Origin: a virus
Lineage: Duplodnaviria; Caudoviricetes
IMG/VR virus record: IMGVR_UViG_3300028886_000057
Location: 1-64,000 of that record
Length of the DNA stretch: 64,000 nucleotides
Strand: one strand, 5' to 3'
Below, piece by piece: positions 49,346 through 58,729 of the stretch; position 1 is the first letter of the stretch; each line of letters opens with the position of its first letter. Below the pieces are notes generated by a model. It saw nothing but the letters and a program-made list of their open reading frames with translations, was not told the origin of the DNA and made no database searches. The translations under genes were made by a program, and so were the position numbers.

Positions 49346-50126
49346 TAATGTTCTCCTTTATTCGTTGCTGATAATATTCTATTTGTTCTTCATTATAATC
49401 TTTTGGGAAAATCCAAGTTTTTTTACGTTTTAGATAAATTGGCAAATGTCGCCAGTTTTGACCGGAGATAATTGCGACAATTGTGCGTTGATGAATGTGT
49501 GCATATTTTTTAAATAAATATTCTCGATTGTAATGAACATAGTCTAATCTAATCTGAAAAACTTCTTCAGATTTTAATTCAGCTGAAGTATTATTTTCAC
49601 CCCATTGATTAGAAGTGCGACGATTATTATTTAACTGTTTATAATAATAATTATTATTTTCTTGAGTAAAAACTTCGGGCATGACCCAGCTCCATAAATT
49701 GCCCTTAAAAACTTCTCGGAAACTTTGTTCGTTGCCGTGTCCATATTTTTCAAAAACCTCTTTAAAGGATTTATAGTCGTGATTAGCGTAAATAGTTCGT
49801 AATTGTTTGATCTCGTCAACAGTATAAATGACATTGCTGCTAAGTCGACTGCCACGACCACCAATAGTACAATTATAACCATTATTATAAGTATCTAATG
49901 CGCTTATCCAATAACCTTCACGTTCATCTAACTGATCAACTGAACACTCTTCTATAATTTCCCAATGAAAATGTTCGGTTCCATATTTTTTAATAGCTAA
50001 ATCAATAGCAATATTGTCTTTACAACTAAAATGTTGTTTAATGCGTTTGATAATATTAACAGACTGCCCTACATACTGTAGTCCATTAATATCATTAGTG
50101 ATTACATAAATGCCAATCATATACAC
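49335..50126 (-). CDS. free-standing GIY-YIG homing endonuclease
   Basis: GIYVITN..YVGQS..RIKQH..EREGYW..GYNCTIGG; AT-rich; overlaps gyrB start. Confidence 0.9.
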   Translation of the reverse strand: MYMIGIYVITNDINGLQYVGQSVNIIKRIKQHFSCKDNIAIDLAIKKYGTEHFHWEIIEECSVDQLDEREGYWISALDTYNNGYNCTIGGRGSRLSSNVIYTVDEIKQLRTIYANHDYKSFKEVFEKYGHGNEQSFREVFKGNLWSWVMPEVFTQENNNYYYKQLNNNRRTSNQWGENNTSAELKSEEVFQIRLDYVHYNREYLFKKYAHIHQRTIVAIISGQNWRHLPIYLKRKKTWIFPKDYNEEQIEYYQQRIKENINGI

Positions 50127-50172
50127 TCTCCATGTATATTAATGTACATGACATGTGTATATTAAGGCAAAT

Positions 50173-50277
50173 TTACTTGTCATTTTTTGCTCCTATAACT
50201 TTTACTAAAAACACGCCTAATATTGCCCAATTGAGGACTGCGGCGCATTCTGCTAATGTTGCCCATAAACCAATCAT
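50173..50277 (-). CDS. 34-aa hydrophobic peptide (MIGLWATLAECAAVLNWAILGVFLVKVIGAKNDK)
   Basis: Translated by hand; AAAGGAG RBS. Confidence 0.5.
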   Translation of the reverse strand: MIGLWATLAECAAVLNWAILGVFLVKVIGAKNDK

Positions 50278-50298
50278 AAAGTACTCCTTTCTTCTATA

Positions 50299-50529
50299 TT
50301 ATGATTTAATTGTATATCCATGAGCTTGTGCCCATTGTACACACTCTTCTTCTGTGTCGGCTGCACAGATAACCCGTCTCTTGTCGCAAACCCAAATATC
50401 GCTAAGATAACCATGCGCTACGATCGCAAAATATGGATAAATATGCGCAATATTGTTGCCGGCATCTGTTACTATATAACCATTTTCATAATGACACCCG
50501 GTCGATGGGAATATAGTCTTTTTTAACAT
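50299..50529 (-). CDS. hypothetical protein
   Basis: AAGGAGG RBS; promoter TTGACT-17-TATACT at 50551-50579. Confidence 0.65.
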   Translation of the reverse strand: MLKKTIFPSTGCHYENGYIVTDAGNNIAHIYPYFAIVAHGYLSDIWVCDKRRVICAADTEEECVQWAQAHGYTIKS

Positions 50530-50624
50530 TATTATCCTCCTTATATTATAAGTATAAAAAAGACTTTCGTTGAAGTCAAGATATTTCTATCACAACTTCT
50601 TCAAAAGTCTGAAAAATAATAGTT

Positions 50625-50885
50625 TTAATGGCGCTTTTTGCGACCTTTTTGCACAATTGCGGTAATTAATAATACAACGCCGCTAATAATCATACAGAGT
50701 AGAACGATGCCAAGTCCGATCGCCGGACAAATCCAAAACGGGAACGTAGCCCAGAACCAGCCAATGTCAATAGTACCAACACCCTGCAAAATACAAAGAA
50801 TGATGCCGACGATAACGCCGACGCCGCTTAACGAGCTAGTGGGACCTGCGGCAACAGCGATTGCTACTGAACTATCTGACCGCAT
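50625..50885 (-). CDS. small two-TM membrane protein
   Basis: Two hydrophobic helices, IDIGWFWATFPFWI, basic tail. Confidence 0.7.
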   Translation of the reverse strand: MRSDSSVAIAVAAGPTSSLSGVGVIVGIILCILQGVGTIDIGWFWATFPFWICPAIGLGIVLLCMIISGVVLLITAIVQKGRKKRH

Positions 50886-51228
50886 TGGCCACCTTCTTTA
50901 CGGCGTCACCTGTCTTTTTTAATTTTTTCATTTCGTCCTGAGCAATTTGTTTGACATTGGCGAAAAATTCACGCTGCGCAGCGCGGTCGGTGCAAGGGAT
51001 TGTGCAGAAACGAGCCCAGAGCAATTTATAGTCGGCACGAACGCCGCGAGCCTGCATAGAAATGCAGAAGTCGTCAAATGAAGAATATTTGTTAAGGACG
51101 CCAGTTTTAGCGATAGCCATACGGGTCGCCTTGGGAAAGACGTCATGGTCAAGATGACGTTTTGGGCCGTGATTTTTGCGACCATTTGCGCCTTTAGAAA
51201 CTTTAGAAACGGGTTTACCTTTTGCCAT
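50872..51228 (-). CDS. basic hypothetical protein
   Basis: K/R-rich; coupled to neighbours. Confidence 0.65.
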   Translation of the reverse strand: MAKGKPVSKVSKGANGRKNHGPKRHLDHDVFPKATRMAIAKTGVLNKYSSFDDFCISMQARGVRADYKLLWARFCTIPCTDRAAQREFFANVKQIAQDEMKKLKKTGDAVKKVANAVR

Positions 51229-52415
51229 TATTTTTGTTCTCCTTTTTGTGTGGTAACAGGTGCGGGACCTTCGTGGATTACAAAGTCCCGTAAAATATTT
51301 TCAATCATATTATCAGGGGCGCCGAAGGCTTTACTGCATAGCTTGTAGTCTTCACCCGTGCGATGCGCGCCTAATAAGTGGTAAGCAACTGATAGGATTA
51401 CATACGGCATATAAGTCCAGCTAAACTCACGTTCGCACCAGAGACTCATTTTTACGCCGACACGCAAACCGGTCATGACCTGCTCAATTGCGCTTTGGCA
51501 ATCGCCGGAATAAATAAGGTCCCAAGCAAGTCCGAGATAGCCGTCGCGAGCGTTGGGAAGCGTGGCGATAGCCATGCGGTGGTATTCTTGCGCCTTGTCG
51601 AACTGACCAAGAGCACGATAGGCGTCGCCAGTATAGAGCAAGACGTCAGGCATACTGGCCTGATCCTTGTATTTGCGTGACCAAATGGCTGGAATAGCCT
51701 CATTGAGCGAGAAATCAACAACTTCTTGATACTTACCTTCCCAGAACTTCTGTGATAAGATATAAGTATAACTGAATACTTCATTTGGGAATTCGCGCAT
51801 ACGAAGTTTTAGAAGCTCGCCGTAATCAGCTTGGCGGCTTTTTTCAGGATCAGGGAAATGCTCCAGGAATGGCACAATATCATTAATATAAAGGCCACGG
51901 TGAATTTCAGCTAAATCATCATCAATTGTACCGATAGAAATACACTCATGAACCGGATACTTCCAGAAGTGCTTATGGTCGTTAGCGTGACATTTATCGT
52001 AAGTAAAAATCTTCGCCGGCATACCATTCTCGGTATGAGTCCAAGCGTATTGATACATGACACGGCTCTCGCCATTCCAACGGCTGCGAAGCACGTCTGC
52101 CCAACCAGCGACAAGCAACTCGTCGAAGTCAGTGCATAAGCATAGATCGGCGTCGTCAGGAATCAAAAGCATTGATTCGTTACGAGCGACATCAAAGCGC
52201 CAAGGAGTGATGACCTTTTGCTTAATAATACACTTTTGATAACCGGCCTGAGCATTAATTTTTTCAGCAATTGCCTGTAAATAGGCGTAGAACTTTGGTT
52301 GACTGCCAGTATCAAGAACGGTAATGTAGTCTGCCGGAGCTACATTTTGAAACCATTGGTCAACATATTTATTTTCATCTTTACAGATGGCATATACACA
52401 AATTTTTGTTGGCAT
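51228..52415 (-). CDS. GT2 glycosyltransferase with C-terminal TPR repeats
   Basis: VYAICKDE, LDTGS, WRFDVARN, DFDE, VHE; TPR-like helices; promoter TTGATT-17-TAGAAT at 52440-52468. Confidence 0.88.
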   Translation of the reverse strand: MPTKICVYAICKDENKYVDQWFQNVAPADYITVLDTGSQPKFYAYLQAIAEKINAQAGYQKCIIKQKVITPWRFDVARNESMLLIPDDADLCLCTDFDELLVAGWADVLRSRWNGESRVMYQYAWTHTENGMPAKIFTYDKCHANDHKHFWKYPVHECISIGTIDDDLAEIHRGLYINDIVPFLEHFPDPEKSRQADYGELLKLRMREFPNEVFSYTYILSQKFWEGKYQEVVDFSLNEAIPAIWSRKYKDQASMPDVLLYTGDAYRALGQFDKAQEYHRMAIATLPNARDGYLGLAWDLIYSGDCQSAIEQVMTGLRVGVKMSLWCEREFSWTYMPYVILSVAYHLLGAHRTGEDYKLCSKAFGAPDNMIENILRDFVIHEGPAPVTTQKGEQK

Positions 52416-52470
52416 ATCTTCCCTTTCATTAGTTATTTTATTCTATTCGATTAAATCGCTGAAATCAAAA

Positions 52471-52494
52471 TAAAAAGCGCTCAAGTGAGCGCTT
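52471..52494 (-). terminator. intrinsic terminator
   Basis: AGCGCTCA/TGAGCGCT stem plus T tract. Confidence 0.8.
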
Positions 52495-52506
52495 AGTAGA
52501 TTTGGC

Positions 52507-53835
52507 TTACTCGGCCTTCTTTGGTCGCAAGATTATATTAAGCAAGATACCAATAATCATTGCAAGCGCAATGCCGGTAAACTGGAAGTCCTTAATCTGA
52601 ATGAAGAGACCGCCAACGCCAGCGGTAAGCGTGACCGCGGCGATAATTACATTGCGGCTTTCAGTGAGATCGACTTTTTGCAAGTTGCGGAGACCGGAAA
52701 TTGCGATGAAGCCGTACAAGATAAGCGCGGCGCCACCGAAGACGCAATAGGGAATGGATTGAACCCAAGTCATAACCGGGGCCATCCAGCCAAGGGCGAT
52801 CGCCAAGATCGCGGCGCCCAAGACGGGCCAGATACTGGCGACTTTAGAAACGCCAATGACGGCTACATTTTCACCATAAGTGGTGTTGCCCATGCCGCCG
52901 ATAAGCCCACCGACCGCGGTAGCAACGCCGTCACCTAGTGCAGTGCGGCTTAAGCCAGGATCCTCAAGCAAATTCTTTTCAACAACAGTAGAAAGGTTAA
53001 GATGGTCGCCGATGTGTTCGCAGAACGCGACTAGCGCGACTGGTACGGCGACCAAAATGATACTAGGCAATTGCGCGACATTAAAGCCGTTAGCCTCAAC
53101 GCCATCAAAGGCGAGTTGTAAACTGAATTTCGGCAACCATTCCATGTGAGTAAATGGCGTGAAGTCAACTAACTGCATAGTTGGATCGTTGACTGCGTGA
53201 CCAATGCCGGTAACGGCGAGCGCAAGTAGATAGCCGCCAATAATGCCGACCAAGAACGGTAGTGTGCTCAACTTACCTTTTGCATAGTGGGAGATAAGCG
53301 CGATACCAAGCATGGTAGTGAGCGCGACTCCAATGGCCCAACCATTCCAATCGACGCCGTTGTTGAACATGGACCAGTTGGTGGCGAAGGCGGCCAAGTT
53401 AAGACCGATAATGGCAATGACCGGACCGACCACGACGGGCGGCAACAGTTTCATTAACCATTTTGTGCCTACAAAGTGAGTTACTACTGCGAGAATTGCG
53501 TAGACAAGCCCAACAGTGCCGAGACCGATGATAACGGCGATAAAGTTACCGTGAACCATGCCACCCATTGCCAAACAGGTTGACATGACGGGGATGAGTG
53601 CGGCGCTGGAGCCAAGAAATACTGGACTCTTGAATTGCGTTATAAGTAAATAGATAATAGTGCCGATACCCGCGGACATAAGCGCAGCCGGAACCATATT
53701 ATAGCCATAACCGCTATATACGATAATTGCGATAAGGGCATTAGCGACAAACATGGCGAGACAGTGCTGAACGGAGTAGAGGATAGTATTTCCGATGCCA
53801 AGCTTGTCGGAGATGTTGTAGCGTAAACTAGACAT
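52507..53835 (-). CDS. uraA: NCS2 nucleobase permease (UraA/PyrP-like)
   Basis: QH..AMF, PVFLGSS, PPVVVGPVI, EHIGD, GDG, NTTYGENVAV. Confidence 0.93.
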   Translation of the reverse strand: MSSLRYNISDKLGIGNTILYSVQHCLAMFVANALIAIIVYSGYGYNMVPAALMSAGIGTIIYLLITQFKSPVFLGSSAALIPVMSTCLAMGGMVHGNFIAVIIGLGTVGLVYAILAVVTHFVGTKWLMKLLPPVVVGPVIAIIGLNLAAFATNWSMFNNGVDWNGWAIGVALTTMLGIALISHYAKGKLSTLPFLVGIIGGYLLALAVTGIGHAVNDPTMQLVDFTPFTHMEWLPKFSLQLAFDGVEANGFNVAQLPSIILVAVPVALVAFCEHIGDHLNLSTVVEKNLLEDPGLSRTALGDGVATAVGGLIGGMGNTTYGENVAVIGVSKVASIWPVLGAAILAIALGWMAPVMTWVQSIPYCVFGGAALILYGFIAISGLRNLQKVDLTESRNVIIAAVTLTAGVGGLFIQIKDFQFTGIALAMIIGILLNIILRPKKAE

Positions 53836-54337
53836 TTAAACTCCTTATGTATTCGATGGCGTCGTCAATATTACTAAAGAGTGCGCCATACTTTTTAATT
53901 AACCCGGTTACATAGAGGTTTTGATAACTATACTGTTGTTCGCCCAATTCGGCGGCGCCAGCATTATCTTTCTCTTGACTATGAGTTAAATAGCATTGAC
54001 GATTGTCGGTGCAAATGCCCACGATATGCTGACCAGAGTTGAGGAACTCACAGCGAGCAGCCATATAGCCAATCTCGGCGCAGCTGCCGCTGGGCAGAAT
54101 ATCGCCATCAATGCAAACGATTAACACATCTGTTTTGTCGAGTCGAGCATTATCCCCTTCAACTATTGCTCGTGAGCCGGCGCACTTTTTCTTTCCTTCG
54201 GCGCCATTAATTTCGGTATTCTCAATGGGCGAGTACAAGTTTATATGCGGAAAGGCGGCTCGTATTTTGGCCGCCCATTCCGTATTTCGTAGCACATCGC
54301 CATAGTAGAATATAGATCCTGCTAGGTATGCGTTCAT
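53828..54337 (-). CDS. nucleoside 2-deoxyribosyltransferase / nucleotide N-glycosidase family protein
   Basis: YLAGSIF, YSP, D..RLDKTD, SGSCAEIGY, NLYVTG. Confidence 0.85.
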   Translation of the reverse strand: MNAYLAGSIFYYGDVLRNTEWAAKIRAAFPHINLYSPIENTEINGAEGKKKCAGSRAIVEGDNARLDKTDVLIVCIDGDILPSGSCAEIGYMAARCEFLNSGQHIVGICTDNRQCYLTHSQEKDNAGAAELGEQQYSYQNLYVTGLIKKYGALFSNIDDAIEYIRSLNV

Positions 54338-54347
54338 TTAAACTCCT

Positions 54348-55346
54348 TTATGCAAGTGTAATTACGATTTGGGTAATGCGCACCTGATTAGATGAAGCGG
54401 TAAATGACACCGTGTCAGCATTACCAGTCCACGTTCCAGTCTTTCCGTCACTCTCAAAGGTATAGCCATCTGGCGCCCCAGACCCGAAGCAGCCAGGGCC
54501 TTGTTTTGTTGTACCATTAGCAGTACATGTAAACACAATTGAAGTCATGATAGGACCGCTGATTGTTAATGTCGCATTTTTATATACACGCAATTCAGTA
54601 ACTGTGTTAGTGCCATAATCACTAGTATTGTCAATAGATATTCCCTGTTTAGTTACTATTGGATTGGCCTTAAGTTCTTGTTGATTAAAAGTTACGGTTT
54701 TACTGACTGGAGCGGCGGATTCTGAAACGCTTGAAGTGGTTGACTCTGCAGCGCTCGAAGTGGTCGATTCTTCAGAAGAGCTTGCTGGTGCATGTGAGGA
54801 CTGGCTTAAAAATTTTATACAATTGTCTGCAAAGATGCCCTCTTGTGCGGCACAATCTCTAGTCGTCCAAACCTCATAATCTATATTTAATGAAGGTACG
54901 CTATATTCTCCACCTATATTAGAAACCGCATAGTTTTTAATAATATCAGAATCTCCACCGCGATAAATCAAAGCACGACTTGAGTCACCAATGGGAGATA
55001 ATTGATATGGGTGGAAAGCGGTCCAAAACGTAGGACTTGAAGAAAAAGACAAATCAGCGGAAGAGTTATGAAGATACAGTCCATCAGACATTATATAAAA
55101 TTTTGTATAATCATTGTCCACCCACTTCATGATTAATTCTTGTGTGGTTTGACTTTTGATAAAACCTTTTTTCTTAGCGTTGAATGCATACCTGTCTTTT
55201 AACACTAAACTGTGTTCAAAAGTGTCTTTTACAGGCACATTTGCCTGAGCAACAACGCGATGCATTGGTCGTGAACCAAAGACAATGCCGGTTACTGCCA
55301 GCGCCACAACAGCGCAAGTAGCCATAATTTTAGTTCTTAGCATCAT
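54348..55346 (-). CDS. secreted/surface protein with Ser/Thr linker
   Basis: Signal-peptide-like N-terminus; two beta-rich domains joined by SSSEESTTSSAAESTTSS. Confidence 0.7.
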   Translation of the reverse strand: MMLRTKIMATCAVVALAVTGIVFGSRPMHRVVAQANVPVKDTFEHSLVLKDRYAFNAKKKGFIKSQTTQELIMKWVDNDYTKFYIMSDGLYLHNSSADLSFSSSPTFWTAFHPYQLSPIGDSSRALIYRGGDSDIIKNYAVSNIGGEYSVPSLNIDYEVWTTRDCAAQEGIFADNCIKFLSQSSHAPASSSEESTTSSAAESTTSSVSESAAPVSKTVTFNQQELKANPIVTKQGISIDNTSDYGTNTVTELRVYKNATLTISGPIMTSIVFTCTANGTTKQGPGCFGSGAPDGYTFESDGKTGTWTGNADTVSFTASSNQVRITQIVITLA

Positions 55347-55500
55347 TTATTAAATCCTCTTTTTCAGTCTTTCTGATTTTACACCGCAAACCCGAAGACT
55401 CTAATATAGCCGCGGCCTCTTCAGCATCTTCGCGCGAATTATACTCGCCTAAAAGCTGCAATGAGCAACTACACTCTTCAACTACTTGATACTTCTCCAT
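55330..55500 (-). CDS. 56-aa hypothetical protein
   Basis: Translated by hand; AAGGAG RBS. Confidence 0.5.
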   Translation of the reverse strand: MEKYQVVEECSCSLQLLGEYNSREDAEEAAAILESSGLRCKIRKTEKEDLINDAKN

Positions 55501-55501
55501 C

Positions 55502-55729
55502 TCACTCCTTGAACAACTGTTTCAAAGCAGGGGTGGGTTCGGCTGATGCCGCGGCGAGCAACTGTTCATAGGCATCTGCATCGCATTCAATTACCTCTTG
55601 CAACGCCTCAATTCGTAAGGCATGCAATAATGCGGCGGCCTCGTCTGGCATTAACCATAGATAATCGCCAACATTGGTTTCTACGATGTTGTTCAACTGC
55701 GTCATCAGTTTTTCTCTATATTTATTCAT
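55502..55729 (-). CDS. hypothetical protein
   Basis: Coupled to ligase stop. Confidence 0.6.
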   Translation of the reverse strand: MNKYREKLMTQLNNIVETNVGDYLWLMPDEAAALLHALRIEALQEVIECDADAYEQLLAAASAEPTPALKQLFKE

Positions 55730-56898
55730 TATTTTTCCTCCGGATAACGGAAGCGAACAAATACAGGATGACGAATTGCGCCCTTGTCATTTGTGCTCAT
55801 TCCGCGTACAACCGCATAAAGTGCCTTGCTTTGAATCAAGTTGTATGCTTCTTTTGTGGACAGCCAAGCTTTGTCGTCATCGGTTAAACCGCTCGCAACA
55901 TCCACTTCTATACCATTATACAACACACGGACTGCACTTTTCCAACCGTAGAAATAGGGTTTGGTAACGGCTTTAACTTTGACAGTATAGCCGAGGTCCT
56001 TACCGTAACTTTCATTGAAGGTTTTTTCAAATTCAAGCGCTTCGGCAGCGCCATTAAAATTATGCATGGTTGGGTAGTCACCATCGTCGGGATACGCCAA
56101 CCAATATTTCCAGGTATCAATTTCCGTACCATCGTAAGCGACAGTCGGCTCAAGCGCGGCAATGACCAGAAGTTCCATTTCCGGCAACTTCTGTTTCAAT
56201 TTCAAGGTTTTCCATGCGGTACGGGTGCCGGGCCAGTAATGGTTATCTTTTTTCTGAATAACCAAACCTTCACCACCGGCCGCGATAATACGATCGGCTT
56301 CTTCGGCAAAGTCGTATCCATCTGCATACACTGTGGTGCAGCAGAAATGGTCGGCTCCATAATAATTATCAGCAAACTTATCGTTTAGTAACGCTTCCAG
56401 CTCCATAATGCGGACGAGATACGGCGTTTCGGTAAAGTCCTCACCATTCCACATCAACAAATCGAAGCCCCAGAACTTAACCTTGGTGGTTTTCTGGCGC
56501 TCTACTGCCTTCTCCGGTAAGCAGCGCAAAATAGTGCCGATGGTGTTAGCATTAACACCTTCGCCATCTACACAGATTTCAGCCAAGATGACCGTATTAT
56601 CTGGCCACTTATCCATAACTTCGATGGCGGTCGGCAGCTTCGCGGTATAGTCGCCGTAAACACCGGTAATTTTGCTGATCGAGCGGCTGCGGATTAGGTT
56701 GTTACCCTTGGAATAGTGAATGAACATACCCCAGTCGCCATCATGCTTAACGGAGGCAATGTATTCATTACCTTTATTATCAATAATATCTTGACGCTTT
56801 TGTTGAAGTGTTACGGTTTTCGGTTCAGGATTATCATAATACTTCATTGGCTCCATTAGAGCGAAATCATTAATTGTACGCATGGCCCCAAACTCCAT
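55729..56898 (-). CDS. ATP-dependent DNA ligase
   Basis: KHDG, FDLL, EGLVIQK, WKTLKLK, VASGL, IRHPVFVRFR. Confidence 0.9.
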   Translation of the reverse strand: MEFGAMRTINDFALMEPMKYYDNPEPKTVTLQQKRQDIIDNKGNEYIASVKHDGDWGMFIHYSKGNNLIRSRSISKITGVYGDYTAKLPTAIEVMDKWPDNTVILAEICVDGEGVNANTIGTILRCLPEKAVERQKTTKVKFWGFDLLMWNGEDFTETPYLVRIMELEALLNDKFADNYYGADHFCCTTVYADGYDFAEEADRIIAAGGEGLVIQKKDNHYWPGTRTAWKTLKLKQKLPEMELLVIAALEPTVAYDGTEIDTWKYWLAYPDDGDYPTMHNFNGAAEALEFEKTFNESYGKDLGYTVKVKAVTKPYFYGWKSAVRVLYNGIEVDVASGLTDDDKAWLSTKEAYNLIQSKALYAVVRGMSTNDKGAIRHPVFVRFRYPEEK

Positions 56899-57115
56899 AT
56901 TTTACGGCAGCATAGTGTCCAATACTGCCGTTAATTTGTGTCTCATCGCCGGCTACGTCGCCGCATGGTAACCAAGTAACATCCAGCAACTGCAGCCGCT
57001 GTCCATCTATAGTTCCCATTAATACTTGTTTATCACCAACTTTAGCATGTTGAAATTGTTTAAGCCACTCGTTGAGTTCATCTACTGTTTTAAAAATTTT
57101 GTATTGAATATACAT
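56870..57115 (-). CDS. hypothetical protein
   Basis: GAGGAGG RBS. Confidence 0.6.
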   Translation of the reverse strand: MYIQYKIFKTVDELNEWLKQFQHAKVGDKQVLMGTIDGQRLQLLDVTWLPCGDVAGDETQINGSIGHYAAVKYGVWGHAYN

Positions 57116-57117
57116 GG

Positions 57118-57621
57118 CTATTCCTCCTCGTGTGCCTCGTGCGCCTTTAAATCGGCAACCGTTAACGTCTGTTTACGATCAACCTTTTGAATGATGCACC
57201 GATTCCACATGACGTCAACGATATATGAATTGCCAAACTCAACTTCGATAGATAAAGTGCCCCAACGCACGCTATCCAGTTTTTTACAGCCATTAATAAA
57301 CCATTCGGCAATTTCTTGCACATCCTCGTCGCACTCGCCAAAGTCGCGCAAGTCGCCTTCAATGGAAATAAGCGAACCTTCACCGAGGATGGTCCAACAA
57401 TCATCTTCATCCGCCTTCTCGACAGTGTCCTGTAAATGCCAAACGATAGTGCCTTCCGACCCGGTTGGAATTCTAACAGGGCTTTGGACATGACGATAGT
57501 ATCGCTCGGTATGATTCATCATATCATTCCACGTTTTCGGCACACCAAATGCTTTTTCGACCTCTTCTTGCGTTACGGGGTGGGTCTGAACAACCCCAAT
57601 TACATGTGTCCACTGACTCAT
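57118..57621 (-). CDS. hypothetical phage protein
   Basis: MSQWTHV..PTGSEG..IEGDLRD; AAGGAGG RBS. Confidence 0.7.
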   Translation of the reverse strand: MSQWTHVIGVVQTHPVTQEEVEKAFGVPKTWNDMMNHTERYYRHVQSPVRIPTGSEGTIVWHLQDTVEKADEDDCWTILGEGSLISIEGDLRDFGECDEDVQEIAEWFINGCKKLDSVRWGTLSIEVEFGNSYIVDVMWNRCIIQKVDRKQTLTVADLKAHEAHEEE

Positions 57622-57624
57622 CGT

Positions 57625-57792
57625 TTAATCCTCCTTGATTAACAACCCTAGTTCTATTGCCTTATTTATGTCTAATGTAAAGTATGTACCACCGAACTGA
57701 ACTACGTAATTTATAGTTAACTTATTACCATTCGCCACGATACGTGTAGCCATAGTGCCATGATATGTAGTACCGCGCTCCTCTTCATCCAT
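57625..57792 (-). CDS. 55-aa hypothetical protein
   Basis: Translated by hand; AAAGGA RBS; promoter TTGACT-17-TATAAT at 57822-57850. Confidence 0.55.
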   Translation of the reverse strand: MDEEERGTTYHGTMATRIVANGNKLTINYVVQFGGTYFTLDINKAIELGLLIKED

Positions 57793-57897
57793 AAGGTTTT
57801 TCCTTTCTTATCTTTAATATTATTATACGTGTGAATAGCGTTAAAGTCAATAAAAAATGGGCCGACAGTTACAAGGAACTGTTGCAGCCCACGCAAT

Positions 57898-58326
57898 TTA
57901 CTTGCCTGTCGAGCCGAAGCCACCAACCCTTTCTCCAAAGGCGGCGTCATCACTCGTAATTAGATACGGCACAAATATACCTTGGCAGAAGCGGTCGCCA
58001 GCCTTAATAACCAGCGGCTCTTCTGAGCGGTTTTCGAGAAAAATGGCAATCTCGAAGCCGCAATAGTCAGCGTCAATTATGCCGACCGTATTAACAATGG
58101 CCATGCCGCGCTTAATTGCCATAGAAGAGCGCGGATACGCCTGCAATACCCAACGCATTGTATCGGCGTTGTCGAGTGCCACGGTCACATTGGTCGGTAT
58201 TTTTATTTTGCCATGCGGCTCAATCGTATAGTCGGCGGGTGAGAAGAAGTCATAGCCGGCACTATTCGCAGTGGCGCGCATCGGCAATTGGGTTTCTTCT
58301 TCGGGTCTAACTAATTCAAAATGCAT
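57898..58326 (-). CDS. dut: trimeric dUTPase
   Basis: SAGYD, PRSS, GIIDADY, GDRFCQ, RVGGFGSTG. Confidence 0.96.
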   Translation of the reverse strand: MHFELVRPEEETQLPMRATANSAGYDFFSPADYTIEPHGKIKIPTNVTVALDNADTMRWVLQAYPRSSMAIKRGMAIVNTVGIIDADYCGFEIAIFLENRSEEPLVIKAGDRFCQGIFVPYLITSDDAAFGERVGGFGSTGK

Positions 58327-58529
58327 TATTTTTCTCCTTTCGGTTGTTCATGCAATATAACTTCGATGTCATAGCCGCGCGGCTGAATAAACCAAACAAA
58401 ATATTCTCCATATTTGTTGGCGGCCTTGACGCGGTTCATAGTGCCATGAAAATGATCGACTTGAACCATAATACGGTCCGGCAATAAATGCAACAAGTAT
58501 TTAAGTCGCACAGAGCCGCCCATTAACAT
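58326..58529 (-). CDS. hypothetical protein
   Basis: Coupled to dut; start uncertain. Confidence 0.5.
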   Translation of the reverse strand: MLMGGSVRLKYLLHLLPDRIMVQVDHFHGTMNRVKAANKYGEYFVWFIQPRGYDIEVILHEQPKGEK

Positions 58530-58545
58530 TTTCGCCTCGCGGCGC

Positions 58546-58728
58546 TTACTTAACCACTTCATATAAACCGCACTCACATTCTCCCGGCTCTTGCCGTGCC
58601 ACCCGCTCACGGAATTGGCGGCACATGCACTTTGTGTCCGGGCATCTTTCTAATTTGCAGGGGCAATAGCCGTCGTTTTTGCGCACGGCTTCCGCGGCCC
58701 CGTTCTTGTCGATTCGTAAGATTTTCAT
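58546..58728 (-). CDS. ferredoxin:thioredoxin reductase catalytic-subunit-like protein (60 aa)
   Basis: GYCPC..CMC..CECGLY; AAAGGAG RBS. Confidence 0.8.
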   Translation of the reverse strand: MKILRIDKNGAAEAVRKNDGYCPCKLERCPDTKCMCRQFRERVARQEPGECECGLYEVVK

Positions 58729-58729
58729 G

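Noticed and set aside
52507-54337. Host chromosome contamination or prophage boundary
   Set aside because: The permease overlaps its neighbour within a phage-like gene run; no pyr operon, integrase or att site seen.
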